A stretch of DNA of 42,196 bases from Guillardia theta CCMP2712 (taxonomy: Eukaryota; Protista; Cryptophyta), in NCBI RefSeq assembly GCF_000315625.1, contig NW_005434574.1, forward strand, positions 1 to 42,196. The letters are read 5' to 3'. Every line of letters begins with the position of its first letter. Position 1 is the stretch's first letter. The notes beneath the pieces were generated by a model. The model was not told the origin of the DNA and ran no database searches. It saw nothing but the letters and a program-made list of their open reading frames with translations. Below are positions 21,347 to 32,000 of this stretch, in pieces. The translations under genes and the position numbers were made by a program.

Positions 21347-24300
21347 CTCACGCTTCACCTACCTGTGTTTCTGCTTTTCTTTCTCCATTCTCTCCCTCGG
21401 CCAGCTAGCATGTTTCTCGCTGCTGCTGTGTGTGATGCTGCATCTTACCTGAGGTCCCTCGTGTTTCCTTCTGCCATCATCATCGTCTGAGCGCTTGAGC
21501 TTTGTAGCTGTTACTGGCTCCTCTTGACGTTTCTTTTCCGTCTGTTTGAGCCATCATACCCTCTCAGCGCTCGCTCCCTGAAAGCCTAGATGCGGTCAGG
21601 CTGGCTGCTGGATCATTCCCTACGATCTGGGATGCCTTGAGGCCTCTTCTCTCCCTATCCTCCTCTCCTCCCCACATTCTTACTTCCTCCCTCCCACCCG
21701 CCATCTTCCCAGCTCAGCCTGTTGCGGTCCTGCAGCTCGTGCCTGATTTGCTCTTGTGAAGGATGGCCAGCACTCCCACACGCCATCTCCCCTCCATTCT
21801 GCCTCCCCTGCTCATTCCTTTCCCCGCTCCGCTCCCCCCTTGCCGCATTCTCATGCTCTGCTGCCACCGTCGCCTCGAGACCCTCCGCCCCCTGACGCTC
21901 CTGCTCTGCAGGTCATCTCGGCAGCTCTGGAAGCAGGTCGCTCCCTCCTCCTAGGTCGCTCCTGCAGCTTCAGTGGCGATGAGCATGCCAGGAAAGCCGT
22001 CGAGCAGGAGCAACGACAACAAGTGCAAGCACAGCCCTTCGCAATGGCGCTCGTCCAACGTCCTCACGCCTGCGATCTGCAAGCTGATGCTCGGTCGAAG
22101 CAGCGACCGCGAGATCAGCCACGCGATGGAGCACTTCAGTCAGATCGGGCAATGCCAGTGCGGGAAGAAGGTGATCCTCTGCAAGGTCTGTCCTCTCTCC
22201 GGCGACAAGCTCGCCGAGGGCCTTCCCAAGCTCTGCGGTCAGAGGCTGCCCAACCCCATCACGGTAGACAACCGAGCGTCGAGGAACGCGGTCGAGTCGC
22301 ACTCCAACGGTGCCTTCCACAAGTACTGGAAGGATCTCCACGACAAGATGCTGCGCGAGCGGAGCAGTCAGAGCGAGTCACCCGATGACTGTCTGGACGG
22401 GGCCTTGTGCTCGCCCTTCGTGGCAGAGTCTGGAGGCTCCTACTCGTCGCCGGATAGCGATCTCTTCGCGTGTCTGGCTGCTTCAGCCTCGATGATGCAC
22501 GAGGAGGAAGCTCTCGATCAGAGCTCCTCCTGGCACCTCGACCCCATCCCCTCCGTCAGCTACTGCCCGCCCGACGACTCGCAGCCCCGCTGCAGCCTCT
22601 GGCTTCCTGCTGCCGAGCCGAGCGCGACGCAAGCAGAGAGCCAGGCTCATCAGAGCCTCTGCGACAACGACAGCCCCTGTGAAAGCGCCAACCCCACGCC
22701 CAGCTCGGAGGCAGCTGTGAGCTCAGAGGACACGTGGTTCGCGCTCAAGGCCAAGCTCTTGCGAGAGCAGAACCTTAAGACCGCCTCAGACTCGACCTGG
22801 ACGCCCTTCCCGCACCTGCCCGCGTCACCCTGGAGCTCGGAGCAAGCGACCGGCAACGGCACGAGGAGGGACGGCAGGGGGGCTGGAGGGGAGAAGATCT
22901 TGCCGGCGATCAACCTCGACTATGACTACTTCTCCTACGTGAAGCTGCACGGGCTGTCCAACGGCTGGCCTGACTTTGTGTTCCAAGAAGACTTCATGAA
23001 GCCCTCCTTGCACGAGGTCGTCGCCTACGCCAAGAAGCACAAGCACCTGCCCGGAGTGATCCCCGAGAAGAGCGTCCACGCCGGTGACTTCTCGTGCCAG
23101 CGAGAGATCGCGAGTGTCTTGCAGTACGTGGAGATGCTGGTGCTGTGGGCGAAAGAGCTGAGCGACTGCAACAAGCTGCTGGAGGAGCAGATCGGGCAGT
23201 TCAAGAAGGCGCATGCGACAGGAGACGAGAGGGAGCTTATGATGAAGGTGTCGAAGCTGCTGAGCAACATCGTCACCAAGAAATGCATCCAGCAGCTTCA
23301 GCTCTCGAGGCCTCAGGGAGCCGAGCTGCTGCAGTGGATGCGGGAGAACGGCTTGATCTGCTTTGCCCGCGTCTTCTCCAAGAACGGGCTCTACTCGCTC
23401 GAGCATGTGGCAAAACTGGACCAGCAGGACTGCGAGAGCCTCACGTGCTCGCTGGAGAGTCTAGGGTCTGTGGGGAAGCGGATCGAGCTGCAGCTGGCGG
23501 TGCAGCATCTGAGAGGAGACATGCGAGCCAAGGACATGAACTACAGGCTAGAGAAGTTCAACGACTCCAAGGTCCCTGTCTTCACCGCCTGGTCGAGCTT
23601 GAGCGCCACAGAGATCATCTTGTCGAAAGTTTACTTCCAAACCTTGTTCTGTTTCTACGGACTTCTTTGCACATCTCAGACATTCAGGTCCATGTCAGAG
23701 CCCATGCACTCATGGTACGGCATTACTAACAGATCCACACCAGCATGGTGTATAGTCTTCCTACACTGGCCCTGTGGTGTGATCAAGGGAGCCTTGTGGC
23801 TCAAGGCAGTGTATGACGCCAGGTACAACTCCCCCCACCAGGCTTACCTCACGACTGTCTTGAACTTGAAGGCTCAGATCTTCCAAACCTTCTGTCAGAT
23901 CCTCACGGAGATAGTCCAGCTGCTGGGGGGCTGGCATGACAAGACCGAGCCATGGACGCTGCACAAGAGCCTGACGCGGGGGTTTCTGTTCGAGTACTTC
24001 TCCCTCGCTCCCTTCATGCTTGTCATGGCCTACCTGTTTGTCAACCGTCAGGACCTGATCGTGAAGTTCATGGCGCTTCTTGGGGTGCAGCAGTGCCTTG
24101 TGCTGGCGCCAGTGCACCTTGCTCAAGCTTCGATGCTGAGAGCGTTCTACAACTTGGCTTCAGGTCTTGTGTTCTGGTTTGCGTACTTCACTTGCACGAC
24201 TCTCAAGTGGAGCATCAAGAAGAAAGCGTCGAGGAGAGTCAATGGCGACAAGAAGAAGTATGCCGAGCAGTGGTCTCGTCTGCTGCAAGTGCCAGCCAAC

Positions 24301-25296
24301 CAGGCGATAGTGACGAGGCTCATCGCGAGGACCGAGAGGATCGAGCAGACGGTCGACCGGGAGTATCGGGCCTGCTTCGCTGCTGCGACCATGACGAGGA
24401 GCTGGAGGTTTCGGAGTCTCTTCCTGGAGCCTGTAGGGAGGTTCTCCTTCAAGGGGAAGGTCCGCCAGCAGACCAACAACTTCGGTCAGCTCTTCTGGCA
24501 AGCCTCGAGTGTCAACGATCACTTCCACGAGTTCTTGGCCGACCTGCTCAAGAAGAACCTCTGCCATGACCTCAACCCCTCCCACCCAGCCGTCTCTCAC
24601 GGCGAGCAGCAGCTCAGGCCCGAGCTTCGCTTCCTACAGCGCGCCTCTCTGAGGGGAGAGGTCAGGGTGGACACGTGGGACAACCTCATCTTCGTGCGAG
24701 GGCCCATCAAGCAGCCCGAGCGAGCCATCCAGAAGTGCGTCAGGATCTATGGGAGAGACTCTGCCTGCCTCACCGACCTCGTGCGAGCGACTGTGGTGGT
24801 GGAGCAGCTGGAGCAGGTGGAGCAGCTGCTGGCGTTCCTCGAGAGCATCTCCGTCATCGGCACCAAGCAGGAGCGGAGAGGAGGGAAGCAGCAGCAGCAG
24901 CAGCAGCAGCAGTCTCCTTCAAGTCAGCCCTTGTTCCGCATCGTGCGCGTCAAGAACAGGTTCTCGGACTCGAGCCGCTACTACGAGCCGGAGAACGCGT
25001 ACCGGAACCTGTCGATCAACCTGGAGGTGGGCTGGGTCTTCGAGGAGGAGCAGTGTAAGTTCCTGCCGGTCAGCGAGTGGGACCTCAAGATGGCTGAGAC
25101 CCACATCTGCGAGCTCCAGGTAAGACGCTGCCCGCCCCCAGCTGCTGTCCTGCTGCTTGTGAGGGGGAGGGGGGGGAGCGTTGACGAGTGAGGTGCAGGT
25201 ACATCTGCTGTCGCTCTACGAGCAGTACCAGGAGGGATCCAAGAACTACGTGCTATGGCGCGACATGCTCACCAGATAGCCCAGCTGAGTAGCCGT
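21347..25296 (+). repeat. Inverted segmental duplication, right arm
   Basis: Near-identical to the reverse complement of 15922-19882. Identity stops 17 bp after the stop codon (GAGTAGCCGT). Confidence 0.95.
21985..25279 (+). CDS. Zinc finger / S74-like / SAM / multi-TM / RelA-SpoT-like nucleotidyltransferase protein, copy B
   Basis: Intact ORF with intron 25120-25198 and stop at 25277-25279. Five amino-acid differences from copy A; extra in-frame ATG at 21979. Confidence 0.8.
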
Positions 25297-26350
25297 AACG
25301 ATTGGACCTTGTGATGCTTGTGCGTGTATGCTGAAGTTTTATCAGCTCACAAAGTTAAGCTCAGCAAACTGAGATACAGTTGTATTGGCTACTGCGGCAT
25401 CACAAAGTCCGAAACTGCCCGCGGTCGCTGCGGCCCAGTAAGGCTGCCACTGGGCCACGTTACAAGTGTGCTGCTACCCAGCCTGCGCTCAGCCTCGGAG
25501 CCCGCCGGGGCTGCCAGTCGATCATGGCGGACTCTCACCGGCCCCGCTGGCCATGCCGCATGTTCACCCGGGGCCGGCGGCGTCTTTTCTCTTCTCGCCG
25601 TATCAGTGGCCGTCAGGGTCAAGCCTCCTTTACTCTCCTGGTTGTGAACGGTCCTCGTACTATACTAACTCTGCTTAACTTTGAGTAAAAATAGAAGGCT
25701 TGGAGCCTAGGCTGCTAGTCACACCGCGCGGCACCGTAGTATCAAGTTCAGCCGCGGTCAGTGAGGTCACTGACGGTCACTGAGCCCGCAGGGACCGGCC
25801 GGGCCCCGCCGGTTGAGCCGGTCGCCACCAAAGTAGTACGGTTAAGTAGTAGTGCTGACGGTAATACTCTTTATTGACTGAAAAAGAAGGGCAAACCGGA
25901 GCAAACAAAGGAGGGAAAGAATAGAGGCCACAAACCCGCCTCAATAAAATACTAGGAAAGGAAGGAGGCAGAAAACCGCTGCAAGCGACGGCACTGCCGC
26001 ATGCCGTGACGACAAGCAGGGGAACAAGGATCAGGACAAAGAGCAGAAGCGCAAGGCTCCTGCGAGGAGGACGGCAAGACCCATACGAGAGCGATACTGC
26101 CGAAACAGGCGAGCACGCAAACGATGAAAGCCAGGTTCCGAAGTTCCAGGCTGTGTCCCTGCTAGCACCCGCCCGGGCCCGCCCGGCTGAAACGTAGAAC
26201 CCCACTAGTTCTATGATTCAATGATTACCAAGTAATTCTGTCTTTTATGTAATTATATTCAATTAGCTGAGGCAGGCTTGAATTTTCTATTCGCTTCAAA
26301 AATAAATAATTTTAAAGAGCAATTGACAAAAGGCGAATCACGAGGGCGGC

Positions 26351-28192
26351 ATGGCGACCAAGAAAGGATCGCAGGCGTTGCGCATGTACGTGTCGAAGAT
26401 ACGACAGGCGGTGAGGGAGGGGAAGGTAGAAGATGGTCTTGCTCTCCTGCGCGAGATGCTCTCCCTCGGTCATCAGCCTCCTTCCTTCGTCTTCTCTCAT
26501 GTCCTCTACCTCCTTGAGACTCAGGGGCCTTCGAGGTTCGGGGATGTTCAGGAGCTCATGAAGGTCATGAAGGAGCAGAACGTGCAGCCGGAGGAAGCGT
26601 TCTTCACTACCCTCATTCGCTTCCACCTGGCCATGGGAAACCCTTCGAGCGCGAGGGAGGTGCTGGGGGAGATGATGAAGGCTGAAAATACTCTGCCGAA
26701 GCGAAGGACGTTCCTCCCAGTGCTGGAGGCCGTCTGCGAGGGCGGGAACGAGGAGGAGGCGTTCAAGATGCTGACACTGATGCGCGAACTTGGCATCGTC
26801 ATGGGGGAGTCCGAGTTCATCTACCTGGTCAAGCTCTGCTCGTTCGATTACGCTCGCCATCGCATGCCAGAGGTTCTGGAGGAGATGAGGCAGGTGCTCT
26901 ACGGCATCCAGCAGCCTCTGGCGGAGGAGCTGAGAAATTGGTTTGAGAAGACGCACAACGTGAGCACGGGACGCATCACTGAGTTCGGCATGTGCTCCGT
27001 GTGCCAGGCGCGCCTTGGCATCGTGGATGTCAAGGAGGAGCAGGTTGCACGGATGTGCGAGGATTTAGAGAAGATGATTCAGTTGGATCTTGACGGCAAG
27101 AGCAACAGCCATGAGCTCGCACTCCAGGACAACGTCTTCCGCACGGGGACGCCGCAGGGGTTGAGGGGAGGAACGCACTTCAAGACGTTCAAGGCATGGC
27201 TGGAGAAGAATGGGCCATGGGATGTGATAGTCGACGGGGCCAACGTAGGATACTACGGCCAGTCAGGGAACCAGAGGAGGGACCTACAGCTGAACTATCA
27301 TCAGATAGACCGAGTGATCCGCTCTCTGCAGAGGAGAGGACATAGCGTTCGGGTGTTGCTGATCCTGCATGCTCAGCATATCAAGAAGGCACGTCACAAT
27401 CCAGACGCGCTGAAGATGGTAGAACGGTGGTTGTCGGAAGGAATCATATACGTGACACCATCTGGTATGAACGACGACTGGTTCTGGATCTATGCTGGGC
27501 TGTGGAGCACAAGGAAGCTCAAGTCGACGCTGATCCTCTCCAACGATGGCATGCAAGATCACCATTACGCGCTGGTGGAAACCTCGAGGAAGTTCGGGGG
27601 GGAGGTGAACAGCAAGAGGATGATGGCAGACACTATCAGCTACCACAAGGAGTTCCTTAAGTGGAAGGAAAGGCACTGGGTCACCTACGAATGGTCCCGC
27701 TCCGTAGGAAGGATAGTCTTCAACTTCCCACTCCCCTACTCCACGTGTATCCAGGGCAGTCTGGCCCAGCCTTCCCCATCCTCCTCCTCCTCCTCCTCCT
27801 CCTCCAAGTTGCAGGCCCGCAAGATTGACCAGCTGATCACGTCTGCTCTCAACACAAAACTTGAGGACGTGACGTGGCATTTTCCAATCGCAACATCGAC
27901 TGAGGAAGAGTTGGAGGATGTGCCGAGGAGCAGCAAACACAAAGAACCTTCGGACCAGCTTCCTTTCTCTGTCACTAAGTCCTCGACCTGGTTATGCGCT
28001 GCTTCCAGGAGGAAATTCAGCAGCATCGCAGCCCCCTATAGACAGACCTCCTCCTCCTCCTCCTCCTCCTCCTCCTCTTCCCCTTCCCTACGTCCCTCCC
28101 TGCTCTCTCCCCTTCGTCCCCTACCCTCCTGCATCGATCGGAATTGGGCAGTCTTGAGGAGCAGCGGGAGTAGCAGGAAGATGATTATGTAA
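26351..28192 (+). CDS. PRORP: Protein-only RNase P (PPR repeats plus NYN metallonuclease)
   Basis: N-terminal PPR-like repeats (EAFFTTLIRFHLAMGNPSSAREVLGEM, RRTFLPVLEAVCEGGNEEEAFKMLTLMRELGI). Zn ligands CSVC...WHFP...WLC. NYN acidic motifs VIVDGANVG, TPSGMNDDWFW, SNDGMQDH. Termini uncertain. Confidence 0.9.
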   Translation: MATKKGSQALRMYVSKIRQAVREGKVEDGLALLREMLSLGHQPPSFVFSHVLYLLETQGPSRFGDVQELMKVMKEQNVQPEEAFFTTLIRFHLAMGNPSSAREVLGEMMKAENTLPKRRTFLPVLEAVCEGGNEEEAFKMLTLMRELGIVMGESEFIYLVKLCSFDYARHRMPEVLEEMRQVLYGIQQPLAEELRNWFEKTHNVSTGRITEFGMCSVCQARLGIVDVKEEQVARMCEDLEKMIQLDLDGKSNSHELALQDNVFRTGTPQGLRGGTHFKTFKAWLEKNGPWDVIVDGANVGYYGQSGNQRRDLQLNYHQIDRVIRSLQRRGHSVRVLLILHAQHIKKARHNPDALKMVERWLSEGIIYVTPSGMNDDWFWIYAGLWSTRKLKSTLILSNDGMQDHHYALVETSRKFGGEVNSKRMMADTISYHKEFLKWKERHWVTYEWSRSVGRIVFNFPLPYSTCIQGSLAQPSPSSSSSSSSSKLQARKIDQLITSALNTKLEDVTWHFPIATSTEEELEDVPRSSKHKEPSDQLPFSVTKSSTWLCAASRRKFSSIAAPYRQTSSSSSSSSSSSPSLRPSLLSPLRPLPSCIDRNWAVLRSSGSSRKMIM

Positions 28193-28285
28193 GATGCTGC
28201 TTGTTCGTTTGGCTTCCTGCCTTTGTTCCTGCCTTCTTGCTTGGCCTCCTTTCCCTCTGACTTGCTCTACTCTCAATGCTTTCAT

Positions 28286-28331
<46 letters not shown>

Positions 28332-29000
28332 ATGTTGTATTGTTCTGCCATGCACTCCTCCTCCTCTTCCTCCTTCCCCTCCTCCTCCTCCTCCTCCTCC
28401 TCCTCCTCCTCCTCTTCCTCCTCCTTGACTTGCTCTACGTGTGGTTCGCTTGCTCTCACTCGCTCGCTCCCCCTCTCCTCTCTCTCACCTATCACGCAGG
28501 CAGGGGATGCGTCATGTACAGCCCAACTCAACACTCCTCCTCTCGCTCCGTCGATCATGGATGCTGTGCTCCAGACTGGTCTGAAGACGATGACGAGGAC
28601 AGAGCAGCGAGAAGAGAGATGCTGGTGTTGTCCAAGGAAAATGAAGCAGATTGATGTCACAGGAGGAGGAGGAGGGGGAGGAGGGGGAGGAGGGATGGGG
28701 ACAGTCGCTCAAGTATCTGTTCCCATGTGCGTTTCATTGTGTTTGACGTTATCACCGTAAAATTGTTTCTCCTCCTCCTCTCCCTCCTCCTCTCCCTCCC
28801 TCCTCGCCTCATCTCATCATTTCTCCCCCTTGCTCACTTTTGACTCACTCGTGTCTCCCCGCTTTGTCTCCTCTCTGCTCCTTTTCCTCCCCTCTCCTCT
28901 CCTCCCCTCCCCTCTCCTCCCCTCTCCTCTCCTCTCCTCTCCTCTCCTCTCCTCTCCTCTCCTCTCCTCTCCTCTCCTCTCCTCTCCTCTCACTTCCTCT

Positions 29001-32000
29001 TCACTTGTCCGTCAGCGCTCGGTAGCCCTGCCAGCCGACAGGGGCAGAGCCGTCCGCCCTTCCCTCCTCCTTGATGACGTTGAGCAGAGCAAGCGTGGGG
29101 CCGTCGCTGGGGTTCTCCTGGAAGCAGGAGAGGAGGTGAATTCTGGCCTGCCGCCAGTCAGCGTTGGCGCCTCCCTCCTCCCCCAGGTAGTTCTTCATCG
29201 CCTTCCTCCACTCCTGCCGGAACTTTTGGGTGGTGGAGGGGGCGAAATACTCGAAGAACTCTTTCGTTGTCATCTCGGGATCTAGAGCATGGGAGGGTCA
29301 CATGGGAGGAGCAGAGGGAGGAGGGAGGAGGGGGACAGAGAAGGAGAACGGAAGGTAAGGGGGAGGGGCGGAGGAAGAGGAGCGGCGGTGAACGGAGGAC
29401 GGAGGGAGGAGGAGGAGGAGGAGGAGGAGGAGCGGCGGTGAACGGAGGACGGAGGGAGGGGGAGGGGGAGGAGGAGGAGGNNNNNNNNNNNNNNNNNNNN
29501 NNNNNNNNNNNNNNNNNNNNNNNNNNNNNNNNNNNNNNNNNNNNNNNNNNNNNNNNNNNNNNNNNNNNNNNNNNNNNNNNNNNNNNNNNNNNNNNNNNNN
29601 NNNNNNNNNNNNNNNNNNNNNNNNNNNNNNNNNNNNNNNNNNNNNNNNNNNNNNNNNNNNNNNNNNNNNNNNNNNNNNNNNNNNNNNNNNNNNNNNNNNN
29701 NNNNNNNNNAAACAACCTCAGGCGGAAGTTGAGAAATCAGGTTGCTGCCAGCTGACAGCTCGTTGAGTTTCTTGCAGGAGGCGATGGAGGAGGGGATCCT
29801 TGCGATCTTGTTGTTGCCGACCGACAATGAAGACAAATTGCCTTCGTCGTCGCACATCAGAGAGGAGCAAGAGGAGGATAGGGAGGAGAGAGAAGACAAA
29901 CAGAAGGAGAGGAGACTGACCTTGACCAGTGAGGTCAGGGAGGATTGAGAGCTGATTCTTGCTCAGCTGAAGGTCCGCGAGCTCTACGAGTCAATGTCAA
30001 ACTTGAGTTGAGCGAGACTTGACGACCGTTGAGAGCAGTCAAACTCGGCAACTCAGTTATCTTGTTCCAGAACAAGGCTAGCCGGGTCAGGCTGCTCAAC
30101 CCTGACAGGTCTGGAACCTGAGAGGGGCATGAGAGGTAAGCAAGGAACGCAGGATTAGGAGGAGGAGGACGAAGACACTTGGAGGAGGAGGAGGAGGAGG
30201 AGGAGGAGGAGGAGGAGGAGGAGGAGGAGGAGGAGGAGGAGGAGAGGACGAGGAGGAGGAGGAGGAGAGGAGAGGAGGAGGAGGAGGAGGAGGAGGAGGA
30301 GAGGAGAGGAGAGGAGGAGGAGGAGGAGGAGGAGGAGGAGGAGGAGGAGGGGAAGCGAAGAGTAGTAGTAGTAGTAGTAGTAGGAGGAGGAGGAGGAGGG
30401 CAAGGAGTAGGAGCAGTAGTAGTAGTAGTAGGAGGAGGAGGAGGAGGGCAAGGAGTAGGAGCAGGAGGGAAGGAGGGAAGGAGGGAAGGAGGGAACCTGA
30501 GCTGTTTGCTGCACTGAAGCTCGAGGATAATCCTCACGTAACTCTTCAGTGCTGAATCAGCGACATCGTGAACAGCCACTTGCCCCTTGGGCTTCCAAAC
30601 CAGCTGGAGAGCATACGTCAGAATCCCTCCCTCCCCCCTCTCCCCTCCCCCTTCCCCCGTCCCTCCTCCCTCCTCCCTCCTCCCTCCTCCCTCCTCCCTC
30701 CTCCCTCCGTCTCTTACCAAGAACGCATCTCCAATGTTCTTGTTCGGAGCCCCGAAGTTCTCCTTGGTTGCCGTATGCACTATCCTCGCCACGTCGTTGA
30801 CGAGCTTGACGATATCAGCTCTCAGAACTTCAGTGCAGTCCGTGAAGTTTCTGATGTCGCAGAAGCCGAAGATGGCGTTCACTACTTTCCCTCCTTTTGT
30901 TGTGTCCATGTTCCCATCCTTCATGCTCGCAGAGATGATTTTTGCTCCCGCCTCTCCGAACCCGAGCTGCAGCAGGTTTCCTATCCTCACGATGGCGTTT
31001 TCGACCTCGTACGCTCTCTCCTCTTTGAGAACGTCGTGGAGGTTTCCCAGAGGATCTTTCATCAGAAGCTCCAGGGAGTGAACGATTCTTGCCATGGGTC
31101 CTGAGGAGAGCGTGAGGGAGGAGGAGGAGAGGAGGAGGGGAGGAGGGGGAGAGGAGGAGGAAGAAGAGAGGAGGAGAGGAGGAGGAGAGGAGGAGGAGAG
31201 GAGGAGGAGTGGAGGAGAAGAGGAGGAGGAGAGGAGGAGGAAGGGGATCAATTGCCACCATAACATCCTGATAATTTCTTACCGACAAGTTCTCGACGCA
31301 TTGAGGCAGAGAGAGTGAGAGCAAGAAGACAAATAATCTTGAACAACGTTGTCATTGTCAAGTACGACAAACACAACGCAAATCACCATCAAGATGCTCA
31401 GAACTGTCAGCAAGTTCCCAATCTGTCAATCACCAAGTGAGGAATACATGTACATTCAAACTCGTACAAACTCCGCCCCCCCTCCCCCCATGGCAACAGC
31501 TGATCCTAACAAACATCCATGATTAACTCACCGCAGTATCCTGAACGTCACTGAGGATAGAAACGTGCATCACTCCCGTACCGTCTCCAAGAGGTAGATC
31601 GCTGAAAGAAATTTCTGACCATGATCGTGGTCGTTGCCGATAGTTGAGGTATTCCTTGTCATTCCCATACAATACAATGTTGCTCAGTTCGAGGTATATC
31701 AGAGGCGTTCCAGTCGTTGCGTTGACATCAAGGCTCTGTTGAAAGGAAGAGAGCAGAGGAAGGAGGGAGAGGAGGGGGATACCAAGGGGGAGATGGAGGT
31801 GCGNNNNNNNNNNNNNNNNNNNNNNNNNNNNNNNNNNNNNNNNNNNNNNNNNNNNNNNNNNNNNNNNNNNNNNNNNNNNNNNNNNNNNNNNNNNNNNNNN
31901 NNNGGAGGGAGGAGGGAGGAGGGAGGAGGGAGGAGGGAGGAGGGAGGAGGGAGGAGGAAGTAGGAGGGAAGAAAGAACAGTCAGACTTGCGCATCAAGAG

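Noticed and set aside
15922-25296. Transposon with long terminal inverted repeats
   Set aside because: The arms are entire host-type genes, the spacer has no transposase, and no target-site duplication is evident.
28194-28760. Poly-Cys/Ser/Gln/Leu ORFs
   Set aside because: Translations of (CTG)n and (CCT)n microsatellites.
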